DNA of 63,763 bases, counting the filler, from Octopus bimaculoides (Eukaryota), in the NCBI RefSeq assembly GCF_001194135.2. It is 5 parts of 4 records of this genome, joined end to end, with 100 filler letters (N's around TTAATTAATTAA, not from the genome) between each part and the next. Parts side by side here need not be neighbours in the genome. Positions count along the whole stretch, not along the records: positions 36,282 to 38,509 come from NW_026421422.1; positions 38,610 to 41,836 come from NC_068983.1; positions 41,937 to 63,763 come from NC_069006.1; 2 more parts are not named here. The stretch is one strand, 5' to 3'. The translations under genes were made by a program, and so were the position numbers. Positions 38,103 to 48,371 of this stretch are shown in pieces (positions within the stretch are counted from its first letter, which is position 1; every line of letters starts with the position of its first letter). The notes under the pieces were generated by a model, which had not been told where the DNA came from, made no database searches, and worked only from the letters and a program-made list of their open reading frames with translations.

Positions 38103-38250
38103 CGACCAGATGGGGGGCCCTGGGACAATGGGATCCCAGGGCCACAATGTGCATTCGAGGTGTCGATGTTCACTGAGTCCTGCAATTCGCATCAGTTCCT
38201 GCGGATAGCCGCGCTCTTCATCGACGGACGAGCCGAGTGATTCCCACGCC
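38103..38250 (-). rRNA. Orphan 5.8S rRNA-like copy, probably a pseudogene
   Basis: Reverse complement reads ATCACTCGGCTCGTCCGTCGATGAAGAGCGC..GAATTGCAGGAC..GAACATCGACACCTCGAATGCACATTG, then a perfect 10-bp GC hairpin GGCCCTGGGA/TCCCAGGGCC and GTCG; no 18S or 28S nearby. Confidence 0.88.
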
Positions 38251-38269
38251 TGCACCCACATACGTGTAT

Positions 38270-38420
38270 TTTTTGCTTGTTTTAGTCATTATAGTGTGGC
38301 CATGCTGGGGCACTACCTTGAAGGGTCTTTTTTTAGTCAAATGAACAAGTCCCAGTATATATTATTTAAAGCCCGGAACTTATTCTGTCTGTCGCATTGG
38401 CTGATCCGCTAGGTTGGGCG
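38270..38420 (-). mobile_element. SINE family B 3' part, directly upstream of the 5.8S copy
   Basis: GAATAAGT..CCCCAGCATGGCCAC..AATGACTAAAACAAG on the minus strand. Confidence 0.75.
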
Positions 38421-38631
38421 AAATTAAAGATTACGCACACCCGATGTTTAGGGTTTGGATTAGGGTTTTTGCTACACCGAAAACGGGGTGGTGTACGTAT
38501 TCTTTACCTNNNNNNNNNNNNNNNNNNNNNNNNNNNNNNNNNNNNNNNNNNNNTTAATTAATTAANNNNNNNNNNNNNNNNNNNNNNNNNNNNNNNNNNN
38601 NNNNNNNNNTATATATATATATATATATATA

Positions 38632-39870
38632 TCAGGTTGTCAAGAAAGTTCTTGCTGAATTTTAAATTTTGGTTTTAAATGATGTATTTTACTTTGACTT
38701 TATATATAATTTTAAAGCCCGTTGTTCGCTTTATCTAATCGTGCTACTCTTTTTCATTTTATATAATTAAGCAATTTTTTCCGGAACCTTGAATATAACA
38801 TAAACAAAAAAGCAAATTTGCGCAATTTTCGTATTCCAGTTCAAGCTAGGCCGAGAAGCTGCTGAAACAGCTCGCGATATCAACGATGCATTTGGCCCAG
38901 GATCCACTAATGAACATACAACATAATGGTGGTTCAAGAAATTTCGTTACGGTGACGAGAGTCTTGAAGATGATAAGCGTAGTGGTCGGCTATCGGATGT
39001 TGACAGTGATCAACTAAGAGCCTTAGCGGTAGCCAATCTACGCACAATTGTTCGAGAGTTTGCTTCTGAATTAGACGCAAATTATACGATGATTTCCAAC
39101 CGCTTGAAAGATATTGGAGAAACAAAAATACTTGAGAAATGGGTGCCGCATGAATTGAACGACAACCAAAAAACAAAAAAATAAAATGCCGTTTTGAAGT
39201 GTCGTCTTCCCTTCTCGACCAGATTGTGACTTGCGATGGAAAGTGGATTCTTTACGACGATCGGCGACGCTCGACTCAGTGGTTGGACGCCGAGGAAGCT
39301 CTACGGCCCGTCATGAAGCCAAATTTGCACCAAAAGAATGTCATGGTGAGTGGATGATGGTCTGCGACTGGTCTCATCCAGCACAGCTTTTTGGATCCAG
39401 GCGAAACCATTACGGCGGAGAAGAGCTGTCAGCAGATGTATGAAATGCATAAGAATCTCCGACAACAGCATTGGTCAATAGAAAAGGACCAATTCTTCTC
39501 CACGACAACGCTCGACCGCACGTCGCACAACTGCCCTACAGAAGTTGAACAGATTGGGCTACGAAACTATACCTCATCCGCCATACTCACCAGACCTCTC
39601 GTCTACCGACTAACACTTTTTCAAGCATCTCGATTACTTCCTGTTGAGAAATGCTTCAAAAACCAAGACGATGCCAAATACGCCTTCAATGACTTCAGCG
39701 CCACCATAACGCAAGATTTTTACGCTACTGGCATAAATAAACTTGTTTCACTTTGGCAAATGTATGTCGATTCTGATGGTGTTTATTTCGATTAATAAAG
39801 TTTTGTTTCGGCTGAGATGTGCATCTGGATTTAAAGGTTAAAAATCGCGAGAGCTTTCTTGACAACCAAA
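38632..39870 (+). mobile_element. Full-length decayed mariner (about 1239 bp), Hsmar1/cecropia-like transposase pseudogene
   Basis: TIRs sharing GGTTGTCAAGAAAG(T/C)TCT(T/C)GC with TA flanks; FKLGREAAETARDINDAFG, KWVPHEL, RIVTCD, YSPDL, GINKLVSLWQ..DGVYFD*. Confidence 0.93.
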
Positions 39871-39892
39871 TATATATGTGTGCGTGTGTTTG

Positions 39893-39987
<95 letters not shown>

Positions 39988-40019
39988 ATATCGTTGTATT
40001 TCAGGATGGTCACTTTTTT

Positions 40020-40835
40020 GCGGACAAACACACGCATTATATATTTTTTCTTCACTCGTTTATTACTGTTCTTATTTTATTATTTTAACTCATGTCCATT
40101 GTCCGGAAACCTTTCGTCACACATCTGTTACATCTTCAGTGACATATTCGTCTTCATGTGTGTTCTTGTTCCACTTACTCCATTCCGTTCTTCTAAGTTG
40201 TGTACCCTTATGTGTTTGTGCGTGTGAATGTGTGTGTGTATGTGTGTGCATGCTTGTGTGTGTGTGTGTGTGTCATAGCTTTTAGCAGCAGTATGGACAT
40301 CCTCTTACTTCATTGTGCTGCTGCAGTCCTAAGACCAGAAAAAAATATGGTACAGTTCCTGTATTCCTCTGTGTATGTGTGTTCGTCCACATGGTAGTTG
40401 TTATTACCATCGTTGTCATCGCCGCTGCTACTGACCGTAGGTGTTTTGTGTGTGTCTTGGTCAATCTCGTTATGCCAGCTCCCAGGGCCTTGGTGAAAGG
40501 TCGATTAAGGAAGGACGAGGCAGGTGCCCTGTGGTTACAATCTTAGTGGGACCCGCAGGTATGACAGAATGTATTTTCTTTCATGCGAACAAAGATTAAA
40601 CACCCCACTCCTGCTACTAAGATAAATATCCAGGAGGTGGGTGCCTTTGAAGATCGCTCTCTTCTGAGCCAGCGTGATCTGCACTTCCTGCTACACTTGA
40701 AGTATAGCTCGCATCTTTCTATGATCGTCCACTCGATACAGTATTCTGTGGCGCTTTCTTTTAAAGTCCAGACGTGCTTGGCTAGGGTTGTGGCATTCTG
40801 TCTCTGACTTATTGCCTCTTAGACGACTCAAGTAC
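40020..40835 (-). mobile_element. Penelope-like element 3' part: GIY-YIG endonuclease C-terminus, 3' region and pseudo-LTR
   Basis: NATTLAKHVWTLKE..IEWTIIERC..KCR..AQKRAIF..SRSGVFNLCSHERKYIL (40525-40800), missed by the ORF track; HHR motif downstream on the same strand. Confidence 0.8.
40100..40144 (-). ncRNA. Minimal hammerhead motif (family 4), partly decayed
   Basis: UGUCA-CUGAAGA-U-GUAAC(AGAUGU)GUGAC-GAAA-GGUUUC-CGGACA; the copy at 47870-47914 has a perfect GUCAC/GUGAC stem II. Confidence 0.6.
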
Positions 40836-41377
40836 ATATATATATACTAGCATGCATACACACAGAGATGAGATGTAACGTACACACGAGAGGCTATGAT
40901 TATGGAATTTAGTCGGATAAAATCTTTTAAGATCGAATGTTGAACAATTTTCTGCCCGTTGTTATAACTATGCACCTGGCTTATAGAAGGCCGCTGCTTT
41001 TCCTATACTAAAATATTACTAGATTTGTATAAATATTGATATCAACCAACAGTACTACCATATCACCTGTTATATGAGAATATCAGAAAAATTCCTAGTT
41101 TTTCAAACACAAATACATAAGTATTCGTAAGTTAATTTTCAATGGCAAGCTGTTTAAATTTAAATCAATATTTATGCCGAGAAAATGACACTATGAATAT
41201 TAACAAGCTATATTTCAAAAGTTAAGATTTCAAATATTATTCGTACCAGACGTTTCGGGTCCTAATTTAGAAGACATATATGGTGAGTTACTAGTGTTTT
41301 TTTTTAAATAACTTTATGTCTTTAAGATGATCTAACGAAACGCATATGACATATAGGCTTTCGTGTAATGGTTCCTC

Positions 41378-41417
<40 letters not shown>

Positions 41418-41946
41418 AAAAAATAACGTCGACCACTAATTATCAGAATCCTATACATAGTTGCCCACCGCCATGTGTGCGCGTTCATATGGTTCTGCTA
41501 ATTACAGCTTAATGGTAAAATTCAAAAGTCTTCGTTTTGGCGCGCTAATTCCAGGAATATATCCGCAGAAAATATTTACTGCGTCGAATATATTCAGTAT
41601 GAGAACATGAGTAATGGGTAAATATTATTATAAGATCTGGTAATTAGTCATATATTAATATATTAATTAATATCGATTAATTATCAGGGGGCCAGCACAT
41701 TTGAAGAATCAAAGAGATTCAGAAATATTATCTGCAATCTCAGGGGATTAAGGTACATTTTAAAAAATAACGTCGACCACTAATTATCAGAATCCTATAC
41801 ATAGTTGCCCACCGCCATGTGTGCGCGTTCATATGGNNNNNNNNNNNNNNNNNNNNNNNNNNNNNNNNNNNNNNNNNNNNTTAATTAATTAANNNNNNNN
41901 NNNNNNNNNNNNNNNNNNNNNNNNNNNNNNNNNNNNTATATATATG

Positions 41947-41986
<40 letters not shown>

Positions 41987-42094
41987 TATACATACATACA
42001 TATATAAAATATGTGTCTTGAATGGCACAACAATGCACTTTAATAACAACAATGGACTATAATAACTGTTATAATTTAATTATCCATAATCTAA

Positions 42095-42140
42095 TATAAT
42101 AATAATATTTCGGAATACAAAAATTCCTTCTTCAGATATC
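42095..42140 (-). ncRNA. Candidate minimal hammerhead motif (family 5) in a TA-flanked island
   Basis: AUAU-CUGAAGA-A-GGAAU(UUUUGU)AUUCC-GAAA-UAUUAUU-AUAU; stems I and III are weak and AU-only. Confidence 0.45.
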
Positions 42141-42271
42141 ACTAGGAATAATAATAACGACCTTACACACACCACACCCTTGTTCTCCTCCCCCCACTTC
42201 CACTAGTCTGTATGTAAGTGCATGTATATCTACCTGTTTTTCTGTAATATATATATATATATAAACATGTA

Positions 42272-42329
<58 letters not shown>

Positions 42330-42599
42330 ATATGTATATTACATGTTTCAGTCATTTGACTATGGCCATGCTGGGGTTTGTAGTTGAACATATTGACCTC
42401 AGAACTTTTTTTTAAAGCATGGTGCTCATTTTATTGGTCTCTTATTGATGAACTGCTAAGTTACATGAATGTAAACACACCAACGCTGGTTATCAAGTGG
42501 TGGTGGTGGTGGTGGTGGGACAAACAAAGACACACACACACATACATGCACACATAGATATATACATACAGATATATATGTGTGTGTTTGTATATATAT

Positions 42600-42899
42600 A
42601 TATTTTAAGGTGCATGGCTCAGTGGTTAGAGCATCAAGCTTACGATTGTGAGTTTGTTTCCCAGACTGGGCTGCGTGTTGTGTTCTTGAGCAAGACACTT
42701 TATTTCACGTTGCTCCAGTTAACTCAGCTATAGAAATGAGCTGCGACATTACTGGTACCAAGCTGTATTGGCTTTTGCCTTTTTCTTGGATAACATCAGT
42801 GGTGTGGAGAAGGGAGGCTGGTATGCATGGGCGACTGCTGGTCTTCCATAAAACAACCTTCCCCAGACTTGTGCCTCAGAGGGTAACTTTCTAGGTGCA
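42600..42899 (+). mobile_element. tRNA-derived SINE (family D head, different 3' part)
   Basis: TGGCTCAGTGGTTAGAGC..GTTCTTGAGCAAGACACTTTATTTCACGTTGCTCCAG. Confidence 0.8.
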
Positions 42900-43726
42900 N
42901 NNNNNNNNNNNNNNNNNNNNNNNNNNNNNNNNNNNNNNNNNNNNNNNNNNNNNNNNNNNNNNNNNNNNNNNNNNNNNNNNNNNNNNNNNNNNNNNNNNNN
43001 NNNNNNNNNNNNNNNNNNNNNNNNNNNNNNNNNNNNNNNNNNNNNNNNNNNNNNNNNNNNNNNNNNNNNNNNNNNNNNNNNNNNNNNNNNNNNNNNNNNN
43101 NNNNNNNNNNNNNNNNNNNNNNNNNNNNNNNNNNNNNNNNNNNNNNNNNNNNNNNNNNNNNNNNNNNNNNNNNNNNNNNNNNNNNNNNNNNNNNNNNNNN
43201 NNNNNNNNNNNNNNNNNNNNNNNNNNNNNNNNNNNNNNNNNNNNNNNNNCTATAGTAGAAGACACTCGCCCAAGGTGCCACGCAGTGGGAGTGAACCCAA
43301 AACCATGCATTTGGGAAGCAAGCTTCTTCCCCCACAGCCACGCCTGTGCCTACATATGCATATATATATTCTTTTAATTGTTTCAGTCATTTGACTGCAG
43401 CCATGCTGGAGCAGATTTTATTAAGAAAAAAGGGTATCGTTAAAATTTTGGATAATTATTTATTTCATGTTTTAATCTCACTTCAGACATTCACCAGGAA
43501 TGATGATCATTCCTGGTGAATCTCTGAAACAAGATGAAAGTACTAAATACATGATTATCCAAAATTCTGACCACTTCCTTTTTCTTAATATAATATAGGC
43601 ACAGACCATGGTTCTGGGTTCAATCCTACTGCATGGCACCTTGGGCAAATGTCTTCTACCATAGCCTTGGGCCAACTAAAGCCTTGTGACTGGATTTCAT
43701 AGTGAGAAACTGTAAGAAGCCCATCG

Positions 43727-44390
43727 TTGCTAGCCACTACACATTCTTTAGTTTCTCTCCTTGTTTGTTTCTGTGGAAGAGCGGAGGCTTGAAACGTTAA
43801 AGACTTTTTCACTTCCCAAGCGTTATACTAATACATCTGTTTGTTGTCTACACCACTTGTCTTCGTCTTTTGTTTTCTTTGTGAATTCTCCCCATATATT
43901 ACATGCTCACTTGGTCGCACCAGTTCATCCTGTCTCCTCTCATTACCCAACAAACTTTTACACCTTCTACACTGGACTATTCTACTTGGATTCTCTACCT
44001 GGACTTGCTACTCTCGTACACTTCAGCTGCACCTTTCCTGTCCATGGAACACACCGGACTCCTCTTTTGATGATAAATCACTCCAATACACCACAACATT
44101 CAAAGCTTTTGAACCTTTTGAACTTTTCTTAACTTTTTTGTACTTTCTAACTTTTTATGTACTTTCTGCTTTTACCCCCTCTGTCAAGCATTCACCATGA
44201 TAGATAGCTAGCCACTACACATTCTTTATTTTCTCTCCTTGTTTCTTTCTGTGTTCCTTTCTGTGGAAGAGCGTAGGCTCGAAACATTAAAGACTTTTTC
44301 ACTTCCCGAGCATTAATCTTATACATTTGTTTGTTGTCTACACCACCTGTCTTTGTCTTTTGTTGTCTTTTTTTGTGAATTCTCCCCCTA
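43727..44390 (+). mobile_element. Tandem pseudo-LTR / spacer / pseudo-LTR unit (family 2) with two hammerhead-like motifs 490 nt apart; retrozyme-like
   Basis: Direct repeats 43727-43892 and 44205-44390, each with CTGTGGAAGAGCG(G/T)AGGCT(T/C)GAAAC(G/A)TTAAAG starting at 43771 and 44261. Confidence 0.7.
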
Positions 44391-44720
44391 TATATACTCT
44401 TTTACTTGTTTCAGTCATTTGACTGCGGCCAGAACCTTGTGGTTGGTATGCAAGCTACTTACCACACAGCCACTCCTATATACGTATGTATATAGTTCGT
44501 AAATGAAAAATCCTTTGTAGAAAAACAATGACAGATAAAAAACGTATCCACATAAGTCATGGAGAGTCCCTAATTCTTCGTCAGTTATCAACCAAAGTAG
44601 TAATACTCAGTTTCGCACCATTAATGATAAGACTGAGGATTTCCCATATTGGAGATTCCTGTGAAAGACACAGAGAATGTCAGGTCTCAAGCAAACAATG
44701 TATATATCTATATATATATA

Positions 44721-45019
44721 TTGGGTTGGTGCATAATTATTGCAGCTTTTTGTCAACAAATTTTATTCAACAAGAACAATATTTAACAAAAACATCTTTA
44801 AACAATTATTCCAGAGCATATTCACCATCTACTTCAATTACTGCTTCCCATTTGCTTGGCAGACGGTCAGACCATCATTTAAAGATGTTTTTGTTAAANN
44901 NNNNNNNNCTTGGCAGACGGTCAGACCATCATTTAAAGATGTTTTTGTTAAATATCATTATTGTTTTTGTTGAATAAAATTGGTTGAAAGAAAACCGCAA
45001 TAATTATGCACCAACCCAA
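44721..45019 (-). mobile_element. Mariner-derived MITE with Hsmar1/MADE1-like TIRs
   Basis: TIR TTGGGTTGGTGCATAATTATTGC at both ends with TA flanks; internal remnant RLPSKWEAVIEVDGEY* on the minus strand. Confidence 0.9.
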
Positions 45020-45044
45020 TATATAGATATATATATGTATGTAT

Positions 45045-45250
45045 ATACATATAATGAATCCAAACAAAGAAGAGCCAACAAGAAAAAACAACAATGCGAG
45101 GACGTGGTACAAGTACTGTATTATCAGATGCTCAGGAAAGGAAAGAAAGAGGATTTTACATTTCGAGTAAAGCAGTTCTTCAGAAATAGAGGAAAGTCCA
45201 AAAGACGGGAAGACAATCGCCAACAATACACACATGGTTACATTTTGAAA
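45045..45250 (-). mobile_element. PLE-type pseudo-LTR with decayed hammerhead motif at 45153-45187
   Basis: AUUU-CUGAAGA-ACUGCUUUACUC-GAAA-UGUA-AAAU: canonical core, stem II degenerate. Confidence 0.55.
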
Positions 45251-45391
45251 TGACCAGAAGGGAATGGGTGAAGAAAAAGTTCTTTCTAAGATAGGAAAGT
45301 ACAAGAGAAGGAGGTATGTGTGGGTGTGTGCGTGCGTGCAGGCTGAGCAAAGCCTTGTGAGTGGATTTGTTAGCCTGACACTGAAAGAAGC

Positions 45392-45460
45392 CCGACGAAT
45401 GTGAACGTGAAACTCTGTGTAACAGTTTTTGTGATATTTCTGCTGCCTTTAAATAAAGTA
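45392..45460 (+). mobile_element. Degenerate copy of the family-1 HHR pseudo-LTR
   Basis: CCGACGA..AACGTGAAACTC..GTAACAGTTTTTGTGATATTTCTGCTGC matches 36442-36500. Confidence 0.7.
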
Positions 45461-45986
45461 NNNNNNNNNNNNNNNNNNNNNNNNNNNNNNNNNNNNNNNN
45501 NNNNNNNNNNNNNNNNNNNNNNNNNNNNNNNNNNNNNNNNNNNNNNNNNNNNNNNNNNNNNNNNNNNNNNNNNNNNNNNNNNNNNNNNNNNNNNNNNNNN
45601 NNNNNNNNNNNNNNNNNNNNNNNNNNNNNNNNNNNNNNNNNNNNNNNNNNNNNNNNNNNNNNNNNNNNNNNNNNNNNNNNNNNNNNNNNNNNNNNNNNNN
45701 NNNNNNNNNNNNNNNNNNNNNNNNNNNNNNNNNNNNNNNNNNNNNNNNNNNNNNNNNNNNNNNNNNNNNNNNNNNNNNNNNNNNNNNNNNNNNNNNNNNN
45801 NNNNNNNNNNNNNNNNNNNNNNNNNNNNNNNNNNNNNNNNNNNNNNNNNNNNNNNNNNNNNNNNNNNNNNNNNNNNNNNNNNNNNNNNNNNNNNNNNNNN
45901 NNNNNNNNNNNNNNNNNNNNNNNNNNNNNNNNNNNNNNNNNNNNNNNNNNNNNNNNNNNNNNNNNNNNNNNNNNNNNNNNNNNNNN

Positions 45987-46033
<47 letters not shown>

Positions 46034-47799
46034 TTTCCCAATATACTGCTGCTGCTGCTGCTACTACTGTTGTTACAACTACTGCTACAACTATTACTAC
46101 TACCACCATCACCACTGCTGCTGCCACTACCACCAATACTACTGCTGCTGCTACTACCACCATCACCACTACTACTACTACTACTACCACCACAGCTGTT
46201 GTAAACAGATTTACAGATTATGCGGAAAATGAAGTGGTAACATATTGTATTATTTTCTTTTACTTTTTTTGTTCTTTTACTTGTTTCAGTAATTTGACTG
46301 CGGCCATGCTGGAGCACTGCCTTTAGTCGAACAAAACTACCCCAGATATTTATTCTTGGTAAGCCTAGTACTTATTCTATCAGCCTGTATTGCCAAACCG
46401 CTAGGTTACGGGGACGTAAACATACCAACATTGGTTGTCAAGTGATGGTGGGGGTGACAAACACACACAAATATACATATATATATATATATATCAGTTG
46501 GCTTGCCATCAAAACCAAAATCAAATCAAATCACAATCAAATGGAAATTGTAGTTGTGATCCCCGTGCCGTTGGCACGTAAAAAGCACCAACCGAAGGTG
46601 GTCATTGCCAGCTCCCTCTGGCCCTTGTGCCAGTGGCATGTANNNNNNNNNNNNNNNNNNNNNNNNNNNNNNNNNNNNNNNNNNNNNNNNNNNNNNNNNN
46701 NNNNNNNNNNNNNNNNNNNNNNNNNNNNNNNNNNNNNNNNNNNNNNNNNNNNNNNNNNNNNNNNNNNNNNNNNNNNNNNNNNNNNNNNNNNNNNNNNNNN
46801 NNNNNNNNNNNNNNNNNNNNNNNNNNNNNNNNNNNNNNNNNNNNNNNNNNNNNNNNNNNNNNNNNNNNNNNNNNNNNNNNNNNNNNNNNNNNNNNNNNNN
46901 NNNNNNNNNNNNNNNNNNNNNNNNNNNNNNNNNNNNNNNNNNNNNNNNNNNNNNNNNNNNNNNNNNNNNNNNNNNNNNNNNNNNNNNNNNNNNNNNNNNN
47001 NNNNNNNNNNNNNNNNNNNNNNNNNNNNNNNNNNNNNNNNNNNNNNNNNNNNNNNNNNNNNNNNNNNNNNNNNNNNNNNNNNNNNNNNNNNNNNNNNNNN
47101 NNNNNNNNNNNNNNNNNNNNNNNNNNNNNNNNNNNNNNNNNNNNNNNNNNNNNNNNNNNNNNNNNNNNNNNNNNNNNNNNNNNNNNNNNNNNNNNNNNNN
47201 NNNNNNNNNNNNNNNNNNNNNNNNNNNNNNNNNNNNNNNNNNNNNNNNNNNNNNNNNNNNNNNNNNNNNNNNNNNNNNNNNNNNNNNNNNNNNNNNNNNN
47301 NNNNNNNNNNNNNNNNNNNNNNNNNNNNNNNNNNNNNNNNNNNNNNNNNNNNNNNNNNNNNNNNNNNNNNNNNNNNNNNNNNNNNNNNNNNNNNNNNNNN
47401 NNNNNNNNNNNNNNNNNNNNNNNNNNNNNNNNNNNNNNNNNNNNNNNNNNNNNNNNNNNNNNNNNCACGCTGAATATCCCCAAGAACTACGTTAAGGGTA
47501 CACGTGTCTGTGGAGTGCTCAGCCATTTGCACGTTAATTTCACGAGCAGGCTGTTCCGTTGATCGGTTCAACTGGAACCCTCGTCGTCGTAAGCGATGGA
47601 GTGCCTTTATATATATACAATGGGCTTCTTCCAGTTTCCGTCTACCAAATCCACTCACAATGCTTTGGTCAGCCCAAGGCTATATAATAGAAGATACTTG
47701 CCCAAGGTGCTGTGCAGTGGGACTGAACCCGGAAACATGTGGTTGGCAAGCAAGCTTCTTATTACATGGTCATGCTTGTGGTGATTTTTTTTTTTTACC

Positions 47800-48060
47800 A
47801 AATAAACACACCCACTATATATTCATTCTTCACTTGTTCATTACTGTTCTTATTCTAACTCATGTCCATTGTCCAGAAATCTTTTGTCACACACCTGTGA
47901 CCTCTTCAGCTACACTTTCCATCTTCGTGTGTGCTCTTGCTCCACTTATTCCATTCTGTTCTTCTATGATGCAATCCTTATATGTGTATACATTTGTGTC
48001 TATGATTGTTTGTGTGTGTGTGTGCGCGCGCACTTGTGTGTGTCATTGCTCTTAATAGCA
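47800..48060 (-). mobile_element. Second copy of the family-4 PLE pseudo-LTR with HHR motif at 47870-47914
   Basis: Aligns with 40020-40290; CUGAAGA-G-GUCAC(AGGUGU)GUGAC-AAAA (G12A). Confidence 0.75.
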
Positions 48061-48149
48061 CTATGACCCTCCCCTCAGCCCCATCCCTTATCCTGTTGTC
48101 ACTGCTATTGCCCATGAAGGAAACTTTTAGTGTTGTTCCTGTATTTATT

Positions 48150-48371
48150 TACATTATTTACATTAGACGGATATTTGTCCTCATCTTGTTTGTTGTTAAC
48201 ACAACATTTCGGCTGATATACCCTCCAGCCTTCATCAGGTGTCTTGGGGAAATATTGAACCTGGGTTCTCATTCCTAAGGTATTTTTCGATGTTGTTGTT
48301 GTTATTATTCAGGTCACTGCCTGGAATTGAACTTGGAATCTTGGGGTTAGTAGCCTGCGCTCTTAACCACT
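48150..48371 (-). mobile_element. tRNA-headed SINE-like element carrying a hammerhead ribozyme (family 3)
   Basis: Minus strand AGTGGTTAAGAGCG (A box), AGTTCAATTCC (B box-like), (AAT/AAC)n spacer, then HHR; 5' end lost in the gap. Confidence 0.7.
48198..48243 (-). ncRNA. Minimal type-I hammerhead ribozyme motif (family 3)
   Basis: GACAC-CUGAUGA-A-GGCUG(GAGGGUAUAU)CAGCC-GAAA-UG-UU-GUGUU: canonical core, 5-bp stem II, 5-bp stem I, loopless stem III, GUU triplet. Confidence 0.75.

Noticed and set aside
44855-44952. Exact duplication of about 45 bp around a short N gap inside the mariner MITE
   Set aside because: Typical unmerged contig overlap
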